A DNA stretch of 64,000 nucleotides from Patescibacteria group bacterium. GTDB lineage: Bacteria; Patescibacteriota; Patescibacteriia; Magasanikbacterales; GWA2-37-8. The notes beneath the pieces are model-generated. The model did no database searches, was not told where the DNA came from, and saw only the letters and a program-made list of their open reading frames with translations. The stretch covers positions 3,841 through 67,840 of the forward strand of contig JAQTYG010000002.1 in the NCBI GenBank assembly GCA_028688375.1, given 5' to 3'. Position numbers and translations under genes: made by a program. Shown one piece after another: positions 48,006 to 58,043 of the stretch. Each line of letters begins with the position of its first letter. Position 1 is the first letter of the stretch.

Positions 48006-49160
48006 TTATATCACACTATGATAAACCTCTAAAGTCTGGCGAGCGGTAGTTATCCACGAGTAGTTGTGGATAAGTTGAACACTTTTTTGCGTCAATGATT
48101 CCCGTAGTTTTTGGTCGGTTAAACCGCGCCAAATGGCAGTGGCCATGGCGTCGGGGTTACGCGGGTCGAAATAGATGACCGCGTCTTTGAGGATCTCCGG
48201 CAGGCAGGTGGCGGTGGAAGACGCGACGGGCAGGTCGTATTGCATCGCTTCCAACGGCGGTAGGCCGAAACCCTCGTAGAGTGAAGGAAAAATATAGAGC
48301 GAGGCGTTTTGATAAAGCACCGGCAGGTTTTCATCAGGGATATAGCCGGTAAAAATAATGTTGTCATTCCCGCGGACGCTTTGTTCTAGCCGGTCGTAAA
48401 AATAATTTTTTCGTCCGGCGAGTACCAATTGGTAATTATTTCCATGTTGAGCACAAAAAATATCCCACGCCTTAATCAGCCCTTCCAGATTTTTGTGCGG
48501 ATAAGCGACACCGACGTACAAAATATACGGTTTCGTGATTCTGTATTTATCCGCAAGGTCATTTCTGATTTCTGATTTCTGATTTCTGATTTCCGTCAGT
48601 GGTGTCGCTGCCAAATAGATAACTGAAATTTTATCGGGAGATACGTTGAAATTTTTAATAATATCCTGTCGGGTGTATTCACTTGGCGTGATAATCTGTT
48701 CGGATTTTTTAATGGCATGTTTTAATACGAGGCGATAGGCGATATTTTTGAAAAAATATGCCACCGGCCCCAAAGTACTAGCGGCGCGAGTGGGGTAGTG
48801 AAGCAGAAGTAAATCATGAATTGTCACGACAAATGGTTGGTTATAAAAAATCGGAATATTCCAATGTGGGAAGTGCATTAAATCTATTTTTTCTTTTTTA
48901 ATTATTTTTGCCAGTAAAAATTGTTCGCGCCAGCCATACCAGGGGATATCGGCGAGTATTTTTTTTATTTTTGGCGTTTCTTCCACCAAATCCCAATTTT
49001 CTTTACGCAAAAAAACCACGAACCCGTCGTCGTTATTTTCATGTTTTTCCGCCGTAGGCGGATCCGCCTTTGGCGGAAAGGCTTCAATGATTTCTTGTGT
49101 ATATCGTCCGATGCCACCCTGTTTCGGGCCGAGCATACGGGCATCAATGCCGATGATCAT
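48006..49160 (-). CDS. GT4 glycosyltransferase
   Basis: IGIDAR, TIHDL, FPSLYEGFGLPPLEAM. Confidence 0.93.
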   Translation of the reverse strand: MIIGIDARMLGPKQGGIGRYTQEIIEAFPPKADPPTAEKHENNDDGFVVFLRKENWDLVEETPKIKKILADIPWYGWREQFLLAKIIKKEKIDLMHFPHWNIPIFYNQPFVVTIHDLLLLHYPTRAASTLGPVAYFFKNIAYRLVLKHAIKKSEQIITPSEYTRQDIIKNFNVSPDKISVIYLAATPLTEIRNQKSEIRNDLADKYRITKPYILYVGVAYPHKNLEGLIKAWDIFCAQHGNNYQLVLAGRKNYFYDRLEQSVRGNDNIIFTGYIPDENLPVLYQNASLYIFPSLYEGFGLPPLEAMQYDLPVASSTATCLPEILKDAVIYFDPRNPDAMATAIWRGLTDQKLRESLTQKSVQLIHNYSWITTARQTLEVYHSVI

Positions 49161-50275
49161 AGGATTTTTACTAAATTTAGCCATTCTGTCGCTGCTTTTT
49201 CCCAGGTGAATTTGGCCGCCTGTTCACGGCCTTTTTGGGCATGCCAATCGCGTAGAGCCGGCCTAGTTAATAGTTCGTTTATGGCTAAAGCCAGTTGGTC
49301 GGGCCGGGTCGGATCAATCAAATAGGCCGCGGAATCGGCGATTTCCGGTAGAGAAGAGCGGTTGGAGGTGATAACCGGCGTACCGGCCGACATGGCCTCT
49401 AAAACCGGGAAACCGAAACCTTCATACAAGCTGGGATAAATAAATATTTCAGCCGTGCTATAAAGTGTCGGTTTGTCTTCGGGCGCAACAAAGCCGATAA
49501 ATTTAATCTGGTCGGCCAATTTTGAATTTTTTGCTCGGCTAAAAATTTCCGCGTTCTTCCAGCCCGACGCGCCGGCGATGACGAGCGGAATTTTTCCTTC
49601 TGTTTTTTCAAATGCCTCAATCAAGCCGATAATATTTTTTCGCGGCTCAATCGTCCCCAAAAATAAAATAAACTTTTCCGGCAGATTATATTTTTTCTGG
49701 AGGTCGGTATCTGCGAACTGAGAACTGTGAACTGAGAACTGTCGCACCCCCGGATAAATCACTTTAATTTTTTCCGGCGCGAGGTGGTAATAATCGATCA
49801 GGTCTCGCCGAGTGTTGGCCGAGGGCGTGATAATTACGTCAGCGCGTCGGCACTGCGCTTCGGGCGCGACAATTTTATGCCACCAAAATTGTTTTGGCGT
49901 GGAAAATTCCGGGAAAAATTTGTACGATAGGTCGTGCACGGTGAGAATATTTTTTACTTTTTTTGTCAGCGCGGTAAAATTTAAATTTGGCGAAAACCAC
50001 ACCTCGCAGGGGCAAACTTTATCCAGTCGCGGCCGGCCGAACAGGCGCATGGCGCCATTGTATATTTTATTCGGATAGCGCTGAGCGATTATTTTTACAT
50101 GGGGGAAATTCCACGATGGAATATTTTGCGCCACCTCGGTCCAAGAATTGTAAAATAAAAAATATTGATTGGTGGTATCAATATTAAAAATGGCGTTGAG
50201 CAGTTCAAAAGTGTATTCACCCACGCCGGTGCGCGGCGCGGTCATGAGCGGGCGAATATCAATGCCGATACGCAT
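49157..50275 (-). CDS. GT4 glycosyltransferase
   Basis: GTIEPRKN, YPSLYEGFGFPVLEAM. Confidence 0.93.
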   Translation of the reverse strand: MRIGIDIRPLMTAPRTGVGEYTFELLNAIFNIDTTNQYFLFYNSWTEVAQNIPSWNFPHVKIIAQRYPNKIYNGAMRLFGRPRLDKVCPCEVWFSPNLNFTALTKKVKNILTVHDLSYKFFPEFSTPKQFWWHKIVAPEAQCRRADVIITPSANTRRDLIDYYHLAPEKIKVIYPGVRQFSVHSSQFADTDLQKKYNLPEKFILFLGTIEPRKNIIGLIEAFEKTEGKIPLVIAGASGWKNAEIFSRAKNSKLADQIKFIGFVAPEDKPTLYSTAEIFIYPSLYEGFGFPVLEAMSAGTPVITSNRSSLPEIADSAAYLIDPTRPDQLALAINELLTRPALRDWHAQKGREQAAKFTWEKAATEWLNLVKIL

Positions 50276-50281
50276 AAAATT

Positions 50282-51403
50282 TTAGTTTATCAGCGCCGGC
50301 TGGGTCATTTTTTTTCTAAAATCTTCCCAATGATCGCCGACGACTCGTTTAATTTTTTCTTGGAAAATTACGGTATCAAATTGCCGCGCGTGTTCGCGAA
50401 TGCGGGCGCTGTCCCAATGGGAAAAATTAAAATTGAGTAAAGTGTCCAATAGTGCTTCCCAGGTTTGTTGGTAAAAAAATACGCCGGTCACGCCCGGGAC
50501 AATCGTTTCCGTGGCCCCGCCATCGGCAAAAGCCATCACCGGCCGGCCGCTGGCCATTGATTCCACGGCGGTCAGGCCGAAATCCTCGGTTTGCGGGTTG
50601 ATAAAAGCCCGCGCCCGGCTCATTAATTCTTTTTTCTCTTCTTCGGAAATTTGGCCGAGAAACCGGATGTTATTTTTGGCGTGTTTTTTCAGGCGCGGCA
50701 GCTCCGGCCCGTCGCCGAATATTTTTAGCGGCCAGCCCAGGCGGTTAAAAGCCGACACCACGATGTCCAGGCGTTTGTAAGGCACCAATCTGCCTCCGGC
50801 CAAATAGTAATCGCCCACATCGGCGCTGATTTTAAATTGGTCCGCTTCTATCGGCGGATTGATCACTTCGCTCGGCCGGCGATAATATTTTTCTATCCGT
50901 CGGGATACGGTGCGGGAATTGGCGATGAAATGATCCACGCGGTCGGCGCTCATTTTGTCCCACAGGCGCAAGCGGTGGAGCAGATTGGACAAAAATATTT
51001 TTACCAATCGTCCGCTGTTTAAGTCGGAAACATAATCCAGTGAATCGGCCCAGAGGTAGCGAGGCGGAGTATGACAGTAGGAAATATGCAGAGTGCCGGG
51101 CGAGGTAATCACGCCTTTGGCAAAGGCGCTGGTGGAAGAAAGCACCACGTCAAAATCGCGCAAATCATGGCGTTCGGTGGCCGCCGGCATCCAGGGCAAG
51201 TACCACTGAAAGGCCGAACGGACAAACGGCATTTTAGCCAGAAAAGATTCTTTAATTTTTTCCCGGTCAAAATAATTTATTTTTTTTCGGTCGTGAAATA
51301 AAACAAAAATTGGCGCCTCCGGCCAAATTTCGTGGAGGGCTTTTAACACTCGCTCCGCCCCTCCGTCTTGCGAGAGATAATCGTGGACTAAGGCGATGCG
51401 CAT
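50282..51403 (-). CDS. GT4 glycosyltransferase
   Basis: ALVHDYL...GGAERV, EDFGL..VESMASGRPV. Confidence 0.93.
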   Translation of the reverse strand: MRIALVHDYLSQDGGAERVLKALHEIWPEAPIFVLFHDRKKINYFDREKIKESFLAKMPFVRSAFQWYLPWMPAATERHDLRDFDVVLSSTSAFAKGVITSPGTLHISYCHTPPRYLWADSLDYVSDLNSGRLVKIFLSNLLHRLRLWDKMSADRVDHFIANSRTVSRRIEKYYRRPSEVINPPIEADQFKISADVGDYYLAGGRLVPYKRLDIVVSAFNRLGWPLKIFGDGPELPRLKKHAKNNIRFLGQISEEEKKELMSRARAFINPQTEDFGLTAVESMASGRPVMAFADGGATETIVPGVTGVFFYQQTWEALLDTLLNFNFSHWDSARIREHARQFDTVIFQEKIKRVVGDHWEDFRKKMTQPALIN

Positions 51404-51405
51404 AT

Positions 51406-52824
51406 TTACCAGGCCCCTTTGCGTCTTAAAACAACAAAAGGCGTCTTTATCAGTATGATAAGGTCAATCAACAGGCTCCAATTTTCAATGTAGAAAGCGT
51501 CCAGTTTTACTTCATCGTCAAAACTTAAATCGCTTCGTCCGGAGATTTGCGCCAAACCGGTGACACCCGGTTTGATCGCTAGAACAATTTTGTGGCGCTG
51601 TTCGTATTTATCCACTTCGCGCGGTTGGTGCGGACGCGGTCCGACCAAACTCATTTGGCCGATAAAGACATTCCAAAATTGCGGCAGTTCGTCCACGCTC
51701 CAGCGCCGGATGAACCGGCCGAACGGCGTGACGCGCGGGTCGTTGGCAATTTTATAAACCGGCCCTTCTTTGACGCTCTTCTCGGCGATTAATTGCGCTT
51801 CTTTTTTCAGAGCGGCTTGACCGGAGGCGCCGAATTGCGGGCCGGTGCAATCTTTTTGCCACATGGAACGGAATTTCAAGGCGAAGAATTTTTTTCCATC
51901 GGCGCCGACGCGTTCATTTTTATAGAATACCGGCCGGCCGGTTTCAATCAAAATAATTATGGCGGTGATTAAATAAACGGGCGAGAAAATTATTAGCAAA
52001 ATTAAACTGCCGATAAAATCAAACAAACGTTTGAAAATTCTGCCCCAGCCGGTCAGGCGAGTGCGGCGCAGTTCAATAATCGGCACGCCGGCGACCGTAT
52101 CAATGGTGATATTGGTGGAGATGGTGGCAAATAAGTCGGCCGAGTATTTGAAAGCGATATTATTGTCGTTGGCAAAATCAATCGCCGACAACGCTTCTTC
52201 CTCGTTAGCTTTCGGGTCGGTAAAAATTATTTCATCCGGTTTTATTTTTAAAATTTGCGCGGCGGTATTGGCGTCAAAATGGGCGAAGTTGCCGGCCAGT
52301 TTAAAACCGAGGTGCGGGCGATTGGTGAGAGTTTGTTTAATTGATTCGGCGATGGCTTGCGTGCCGATGATTACGGTGCGGCGCAGGCCGACATTAAAAC
52401 GATAGAGCAGGCGTTTTAAGCCGAGGACTAAAAGCCGGCCGAGTAAAACATAGAGAATGGCAAAAATCCAGCCGGCCAGCACGAGAAAACGCGAATCAAA
52501 TTTTTGCAAGGTGAAAAAAACATAGATGGTAATGCCGGCAAACCCGGTGGAGCAGGCCAGGATAACACGCGAAAAATCGCGCGCCATTTTTCGCGGCGGA
52601 TAGATGCTGTATAAGCCGGCCAAAGCAAAAATAATAATCCAGGCCGCGGCGACCAGAAAAACTACCGGCCAATATTTTTCCCAAGGAATGTTAAATAAAA
52701 CAGGCCGAATTGATTTAACATATTCGGTAAAGCGCAGGGCGTAGGCGGTAAAGCCGGCCAGCATAATGGCGCAGAAATCAATCGGCACCTGCACCACGGC
52801 GAAAGTGAGTTCAAATTTTTTCAT
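51406..52824 (-). CDS. polyprenyl-phosphate sugar phosphotransferase (WcaJ/WbaP-like)
   Basis: KRLFD, KFRSM, DPRVT..G.F.R..S.DELPQ.WNV..G.MSLVGPRP. Confidence 0.93.
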   Translation of the reverse strand: MKKFELTFAVVQVPIDFCAIMLAGFTAYALRFTEYVKSIRPVLFNIPWEKYWPVVFLVAAAWIIIFALAGLYSIYPPRKMARDFSRVILACSTGFAGITIYVFFTLQKFDSRFLVLAGWIFAILYVLLGRLLVLGLKRLLYRFNVGLRRTVIIGTQAIAESIKQTLTNRPHLGFKLAGNFAHFDANTAAQILKIKPDEIIFTDPKANEEEALSAIDFANDNNIAFKYSADLFATISTNITIDTVAGVPIIELRRTRLTGWGRIFKRLFDFIGSLILLIIFSPVYLITAIIILIETGRPVFYKNERVGADGKKFFALKFRSMWQKDCTGPQFGASGQAALKKEAQLIAEKSVKEGPVYKIANDPRVTPFGRFIRRWSVDELPQFWNVFIGQMSLVGPRPHQPREVDKYEQRHKIVLAIKPGVTGLAQISGRSDLSFDDEVKLDAFYIENWSLLIDLIILIKTPFVVLRRKGAW

Positions 52825-52966
52825 ACACAGCTGAAGAATTGGTTAGGTAATACCGATATTTTACGCCTTTTTTTTGACCGAGTCAAACCGTATAGGCCTT
52901 GCCCGGCAGAGGCCGAAGGCATTCTGCCGGGTTGACAAAACGCTCAAGATATGCTATATTAATACG

Positions 52967-53368
52967 GTTCATTAAAAGCAATCGCCGTGTATTTATACAT
53001 GGAGGAAAGTCCGAACACGCCCTTAGCGCAAGCTGAGGAGCAGGGTAGCGGGTAACGCCCGTCGTCCGCCTTCGGGTGGGCAGAGGTGCGAGCAGAGACG
53101 TTTTTGGCTGAAAAGCCAAAGAGAGCAAACCCCAAGTTTGTGTTAAATCATAAATGAGCTTAGCTTCAATCAAGGGGATAAAAGATTGAAGGTGAAACGG
53201 CAAAATCCTTACCTGCGTGCAAGAGCAGAGTCCGTCCCGCAAAATGCGGGGCGAGATAAAAAGTTCGCTCGCTTGATCGCGTAGAGTAATTTACGCGACA
53301 GAGAAATGATTGCTCTCCGTCCGCCAGCTGGCGGACTGGAGTACAAAATTCGGCTTATTATAATGAAC
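52967..53368 (+). ncRNA. rnpB: RNase P RNA
   Basis: GAGGAAAGTCCGAAC, GGTGAAACGG, ACAAAATTCGGCTTA; GTTCATT/AATGAAC P1; promoter TTGACA 52932; terminator 53369-53399. Confidence 0.95.
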
Positions 53369-53412
53369 AAAAAACTCGCCCCGTAAGGGGCGAGTTTTTA
53401 ATATAGAAATGT

Positions 53413-55203
53413 TTATACTTCTATAACAACCGGCAACACCATCGGTCGTTTCTCTGTTTTTGTGAACAAAAATTGTCCGACATAATCCCGAATCTTGTTT
53501 TTGATGTTGTTGGTGTCGGCCCAGGAGAGCGGGTCGGAATCCTGCACCAGTTTTTTCACCCGATGGCGCAAGTCCTCAATCAGCTCTTTATTTTCTTTCA
53601 AGAAAACAAAGCCGCGGGAAATAATATCCGGGTTTTGCACCAGCTGTCCGGTTTTGGCGTTGACCGTGGCAATCACCACAATCATGCCATCCTCGGCCAA
53701 CAGTTGGCGATCGCGCAAGACCACATTGGTTTCGTCGGAGACACCCAGGCCGTCGACAAAGACATAGTCGGACGGAATCTTATTTGGCGTCAGCACGCCT
53801 TTGCCGTGCGAAAATTCCATCACCTGGCCGTTGTCGGCGATGAAAATATTTTCTTTGGGGAAGCCGAGCGATTCCACTGTCTTGGCGTTGTAATGCAAAA
53901 GATAATGGTTGCCTTCAATCGGAATAAAATATTTCGGATTGAGCAGGCGCACCATCAGCTTCACATCATCGGCCTTGGCGTGACCGCCGGCGTGCACGTC
54001 CATCATTTGTGAATGAATCACTTCGGCGTCTTTGCGGAAGAGCGTATCTTTCAGACGTTGCACCGTGCGTTCGTTGCCCGGAACAACGGAAGAAGAAAAC
54101 ACCACCGTGTCGCCTTTGGTCAGACGAATGGTGCGGTGTTCACCGTTGGCGATGCGCATCAACGAAGCATTTTTTTCGCCCTGCGCGCCGGTACAGACAA
54201 TCACCACTTTGTTATCCGGATAATCGTGAATGCGTTTCAAATCAATCAAAGTCTTCGGACTGAATTTCATGTAACCCAGTTCTTTGGCAATTTCCACGTT
54301 GCTTTTCATGGAGAACCCGTCGAGGGCGACAATCTTACCCTGCTTTTCCGAGATTTCAATGATCTGTTTAATACGCGAGAGTAGGGAAGCGAAAGTGCCG
54401 ATGATAATCCGGCCCGGCGCTTTGGCGATTATTTCTTCAATGGTGACGCCGATTTCCGATTCGGACATCTGGTGGCCTGGCTGTGAGGCGTTGGTGGAGT
54501 CGGAGAGCAGAGCCAGCACCCCTTGGGAGCCGATTTGGGCGATGCGCTGCAGGTCGGCAGGCGCTTCGCCGGCCGGCTGATAATCAAATTTCCAGTCGCC
54601 GGTATGGATGACGACTCCTTCCGGAGTACGAATTACCACCCCCATGGAATCGGGGATGTTATGATTGAGGTGGAAAAATTCCAGCTCAAAATGTCCGAGT
54701 CGCAGTTTCTCATTCAGATTGATGTTGACTGTGTTGACCGGACGCTTGAAATCTTCCTGGCGTTTTTTGATGATGGCGTTGGTCAACGGCAGGCCGTAAA
54801 TCGGAGGAAAGCCCAATTCGGGAATGAGGTGGGGGATACCGCCAATATGGTCGTAGTGCGCGTGAGTGATAATCACCCCGCGAATGTTTTTTTCTTTGCC
54901 CTTGAGATAGGACATGTTCGGGATGATGTAATCAATACCCGGCATGTCTTCTTCGGGAAACTGCAGACCCATGTCAATCAAAATGATGTCGCCATCATAT
55001 TCAAGCAGAGTGCAGTTACGGCCGACCTCTTCCAAACCGCCGATGACGGCGATTTTCAGTTTGAGGTCTTCTCCGCGAAAACGCGAAAAAGACGGGCGCG
55101 CTGTCGGCACGCTGGTGTGAGTATCTCGCCGGCGCGTTTCATACGCCCGGCGATGCCGGCCTCCGCCGGATTTGTTATTTGGTCGTGAGATCATAGATAA
55201 CAA
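53413..55203 (-). CDS. rnj: ribonuclease J
   Basis: GGLEEVGRN, THAHYDHIG, HTGDWK, DSTNA, PDIISRGF. Confidence 0.96.
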   Translation of the reverse strand: MLSMISRPNNKSGGGRHRRAYETRRRDTHTSVPTARPSFSRFRGEDLKLKIAVIGGLEEVGRNCTLLEYDGDIILIDMGLQFPEEDMPGIDYIIPNMSYLKGKEKNIRGVIITHAHYDHIGGIPHLIPELGFPPIYGLPLTNAIIKKRQEDFKRPVNTVNINLNEKLRLGHFELEFFHLNHNIPDSMGVVIRTPEGVVIHTGDWKFDYQPAGEAPADLQRIAQIGSQGVLALLSDSTNASQPGHQMSESEIGVTIEEIIAKAPGRIIIGTFASLLSRIKQIIEISEKQGKIVALDGFSMKSNVEIAKELGYMKFSPKTLIDLKRIHDYPDNKVVIVCTGAQGEKNASLMRIANGEHRTIRLTKGDTVVFSSSVVPGNERTVQRLKDTLFRKDAEVIHSQMMDVHAGGHAKADDVKLMVRLLNPKYFIPIEGNHYLLHYNAKTVESLGFPKENIFIADNGQVMEFSHGKGVLTPNKIPSDYVFVDGLGVSDETNVVLRDRQLLAEDGMIVVIATVNAKTGQLVQNPDIISRGFVFLKENKELIEDLRHRVKKLVQDSDPLSWADTNNIKNKIRDYVGQFLFTKTEKRPMVLPVVIEV

Positions 55204-55322
55204 TTAACAATAAGCAATTAACAATAAGCAAATTGTTTAAAATAAATTTAGATGAATTAAAGAGAAGTAAAATTCCGTTTCGACAAACAGAATTAAGAAG
55301 TTGCGCTAGCGCGCAATAATTT

Positions 55323-55407
55323 TGGTGCGGACGGAGGGACTCGAACCCTCAAGGCCGAAGCCATACGCTTCTGAGACGTACGCGTATACCAGTTCCGCCA
55401 CGTCCGC
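55323..55407 (-). tRNA. tRNA-Leu(CAG)
   Basis: GCGGACG...CGTCCGCACCA, anticodon loop CTCAGAA, long variable arm. Confidence 0.96.
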
Positions 55408-55412
55408 ATGAT

Positions 55413-55568
55413 AGATACGAAATACGAAAGATACGAAAGTACGAAAACAATTTACGTACGAAAGTACGAATTGTACGAAAGTACGAAAACGATTTTTTGG
55501 TTCGTATTTTCGTACCTTTCGTAGTTCGTACGTTCTGTAGTTCGTACGTTTTTTAGTTCGTTACGTTC
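55413..55568. repeat. degenerate TACGAAA(G) tandem repeats followed by their inverse
   Basis: About seven TACGAA units then about six TTCGT(A) units. Confidence 0.75.
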
Positions 55569-55571
55569 TTA

Positions 55572-57509
55572 TTACCTCCACCCCCATTTTGTTTTTATAT
55601 ACCACTGATCCAGCCCGTTGAAGCGGTCGGGTGGAGAAAAAATTCTGTTTACTTCCACGCCTTTTACGTCCCGGTCAATCAGATAGTTGTAAGTCGGGCT
55701 GTATAAGAATATCGCCGGTATTTCTTTGATTAAAGTATCTTGAAATTCATGGTAAATTTTTTCTCGGCTTTTCACGTCATTGGTCACCCGCGCTTCTTCC
55801 AACATTTTGTCGGCATTGCGGTTGGAAAACATGGCCAGGTTCAGTCCCGGGTAATCGGTTTGCGAGGAATGCCAAAACGGATAGGGATCCGGGTCGTCGC
55901 CTAAAATTTCGCCGTACAAAAGGATTTCGTAATTCCTGTCTTTGAGCGCTTCCCGGCTAACTTGTTTGCCGGCGATGGCCTGAATGCTGGTGGGGATGCC
56001 GATCGCGCGCCATAATCGAGCGATGGTCTCGGCCGCTTGGCGGTATTCCGGCGTGTCCGCCGTGGTAATAGTCAAAGTCAGCAAGTTGCCTTTTTTATCC
56101 TGGCGATAAAATGTTTGGTCCGGGCGCATATCGTTGCGAATTGAGCCTTCCACTTCGGCGGTCAACTCAGCCAGCAGGGTGGTAGAATTCGTCTCGTATT
56201 CCGGCAGGTTTTTTATTTCCTCAGTTCGCGCCTTTAACGTAGCGGCGCGTTGCGCGTTAAAATATTCTTCCGGAGTGACGCGCGTCCAATTTTTATCCAA
56301 AAGTTTGTTGGCTTCGTCCGGATTGAATTCATTTTTTTTGATATCCGGATAATAACCGGTGAACCCGGCTAAGATCGGCGCTTCGATTACTTCACCGCGT
56401 CCGCCCAGCGCTTCATCCACCACGGTTTTTTTGTTGATCGCCTGGCTCAAAGCCAAACGCACGTCGCTATCTTTAAGGGCGGCTTGTTCGCCTTGATTAA
56501 AAAACAAAGCGGTATATTGCGGGATGTGAAGAGTGTAGTTGACTAAATTTTTGCCGGCGTATTTTTCTTCCAAGTCGCGCGGAAGAAAGCCAATCGCCAT
56601 TACTTCCTTGGCGTGCAAATCCTCGGCCGCTTGGGCGTAGTCCTGGTAAAATTTAAAAGTGATATTTTTAATGTACGGTATTTGGCCGAAATATTTTTCG
56701 TTTTTGGTTAAAATATATGTTTGGATGGCGGCGTCGTTTTTAATTAACTTGGAAAACGTCCAGGCGCCGGAAGTAATTTGTGGTTGTAAATTTTCTTTGG
56801 CTAAGCGTAAATTGTTGTTGGGAATTTCCACGAAAATATGTTCGGGGATAATGCCAACAGTCAATGAACTTAAAAATGGCGCGTAGGGTTCTTTGAGAGT
56901 GAAGCTCACTTCAAAGTCGCCGACCCGGGTCAAAGTGACACCCTGGAAAGACGGGTAAAGCGGGCTGTTAGTTTCCGGATTTTGGATAGTTTCAAAAGTA
57001 AAGACCACATCGTCGGCGTCGATTTTTTCTCCATCGGTCCAAACGGCGTCTTCACGGAGTTTAATGGTATAAACTTTGCGGTCGTCGCTGATGGTATAGG
57101 CAGCGGCCAATTCCGGCACCAACTTTTGCGACGGGCTATAGCCGAATAAACCGGCGTAAAGCAAGGGAGAAATGTCAGCGTCCACGTCATTAGCCGGCGC
57201 GAAGATCGGGTTGATTAGTTTCGGCTGGCCGACCAGCGCCTCAATAAATTCACCACCCGGTTTGGGCAAAGTGGTGTGGTGTTTGGAAAAAACCACGCCG
57301 CCCCAGGAAATTAAGGTGATAATAATGACCGCAATGGCGCCGTTGATGGCGATTTTTTCTTTTTTGTCCAAAAAACGACCGAGGTAGCGCAATTGCGCGA
57401 AGCTCGGCCAGAGCCGGCGGTGAAGATTGAACATCATTTTTTTGTCCGAATCATGAACCAACGGCTTCGGCTCATTTTTTAATGGCCTAAATAATCTATG
57501 CCAATTCAT
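55572..57509 (-). CDS. ABC transporter substrate-binding protein (OppA/family 5)
   Basis: GQPKLINP, PELA, W.DGE...ADDVVFT, DPDPYPFWHSSQ. Confidence 0.88.
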   Translation of the reverse strand: MNWHRLFRPLKNEPKPLVHDSDKKMMFNLHRRLWPSFAQLRYLGRFLDKKEKIAINGAIAVIIITLISWGGVVFSKHHTTLPKPGGEFIEALVGQPKLINPIFAPANDVDADISPLLYAGLFGYSPSQKLVPELAAAYTISDDRKVYTIKLREDAVWTDGEKIDADDVVFTFETIQNPETNSPLYPSFQGVTLTRVGDFEVSFTLKEPYAPFLSSLTVGIIPEHIFVEIPNNNLRLAKENLQPQITSGAWTFSKLIKNDAAIQTYILTKNEKYFGQIPYIKNITFKFYQDYAQAAEDLHAKEVMAIGFLPRDLEEKYAGKNLVNYTLHIPQYTALFFNQGEQAALKDSDVRLALSQAINKKTVVDEALGGRGEVIEAPILAGFTGYYPDIKKNEFNPDEANKLLDKNWTRVTPEEYFNAQRAATLKARTEEIKNLPEYETNSTTLLAELTAEVEGSIRNDMRPDQTFYRQDKKGNLLTLTITTADTPEYRQAAETIARLWRAIGIPTSIQAIAGKQVSREALKDRNYEILLYGEILGDDPDPYPFWHSSQTDYPGLNLAMFSNRNADKMLEEARVTNDVKSREKIYHEFQDTLIKEIPAIFLYSPTYNYLIDRDVKGVEVNRIFSPPDRFNGLDQWYIKTKWGWR

Positions 57510-57537
57510 GGTGTGTTTTTTACCGAGAAGACCGTCT

Positions 57538-57756
57538 TTAGAGGAAAAGACGGAGCAAAGAGAGTCCGAAGAAAATAATGGCGACCACAATGGTCACGTA
57601 AAAAAGTATTTTATCAACGCCTCTCTTGGTGCTGTAGACATTAGAAGAACCGCCGAAAGCAGCGCCCAGACCCGAGCCCTTCTGTTGCAATAAAATCGCT
57701 AAAACCAGCACAATAGAGACGATAAATTGGATAATATTTAGGATGAAATCTTGCAT
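57538..57756 (-). CDS. secG: preprotein translocase subunit SecG
   Basis: ILLQQKGSGLGAAFGG..TKRG.DK. Confidence 0.93.
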   Translation of the reverse strand: MQDFILNIIQFIVSIVLVLAILLQQKGSGLGAAFGGSSNVYSTKRGVDKILFYVTIVVAIIFFGLSLLRLFL

Positions 57757-58043
57757 ACCGAAAAATTAAAATCAAGTAGAAACATTATACCATATTAGGT
57801 GATAAATGTCAAATATCCAATATCCAATTTCCAATAAATTCCCAAGCCAGTCGAAAACCCCAAACTCCAATGTTCAATGACCAAATAAATTCCAAACCCC
57901 AATTTAATGATTGCCACCGGATTGGGCGTTAGAACTTGGGGTTTATTTGGGATTTGGCGATTGGTCATTGGGATTTCGCAAATTGTCCGTCTTGTTTTCT
58001 TGTGCTATACTTAACAAGAAGAAGTTTTTGATATTTTTTTATT

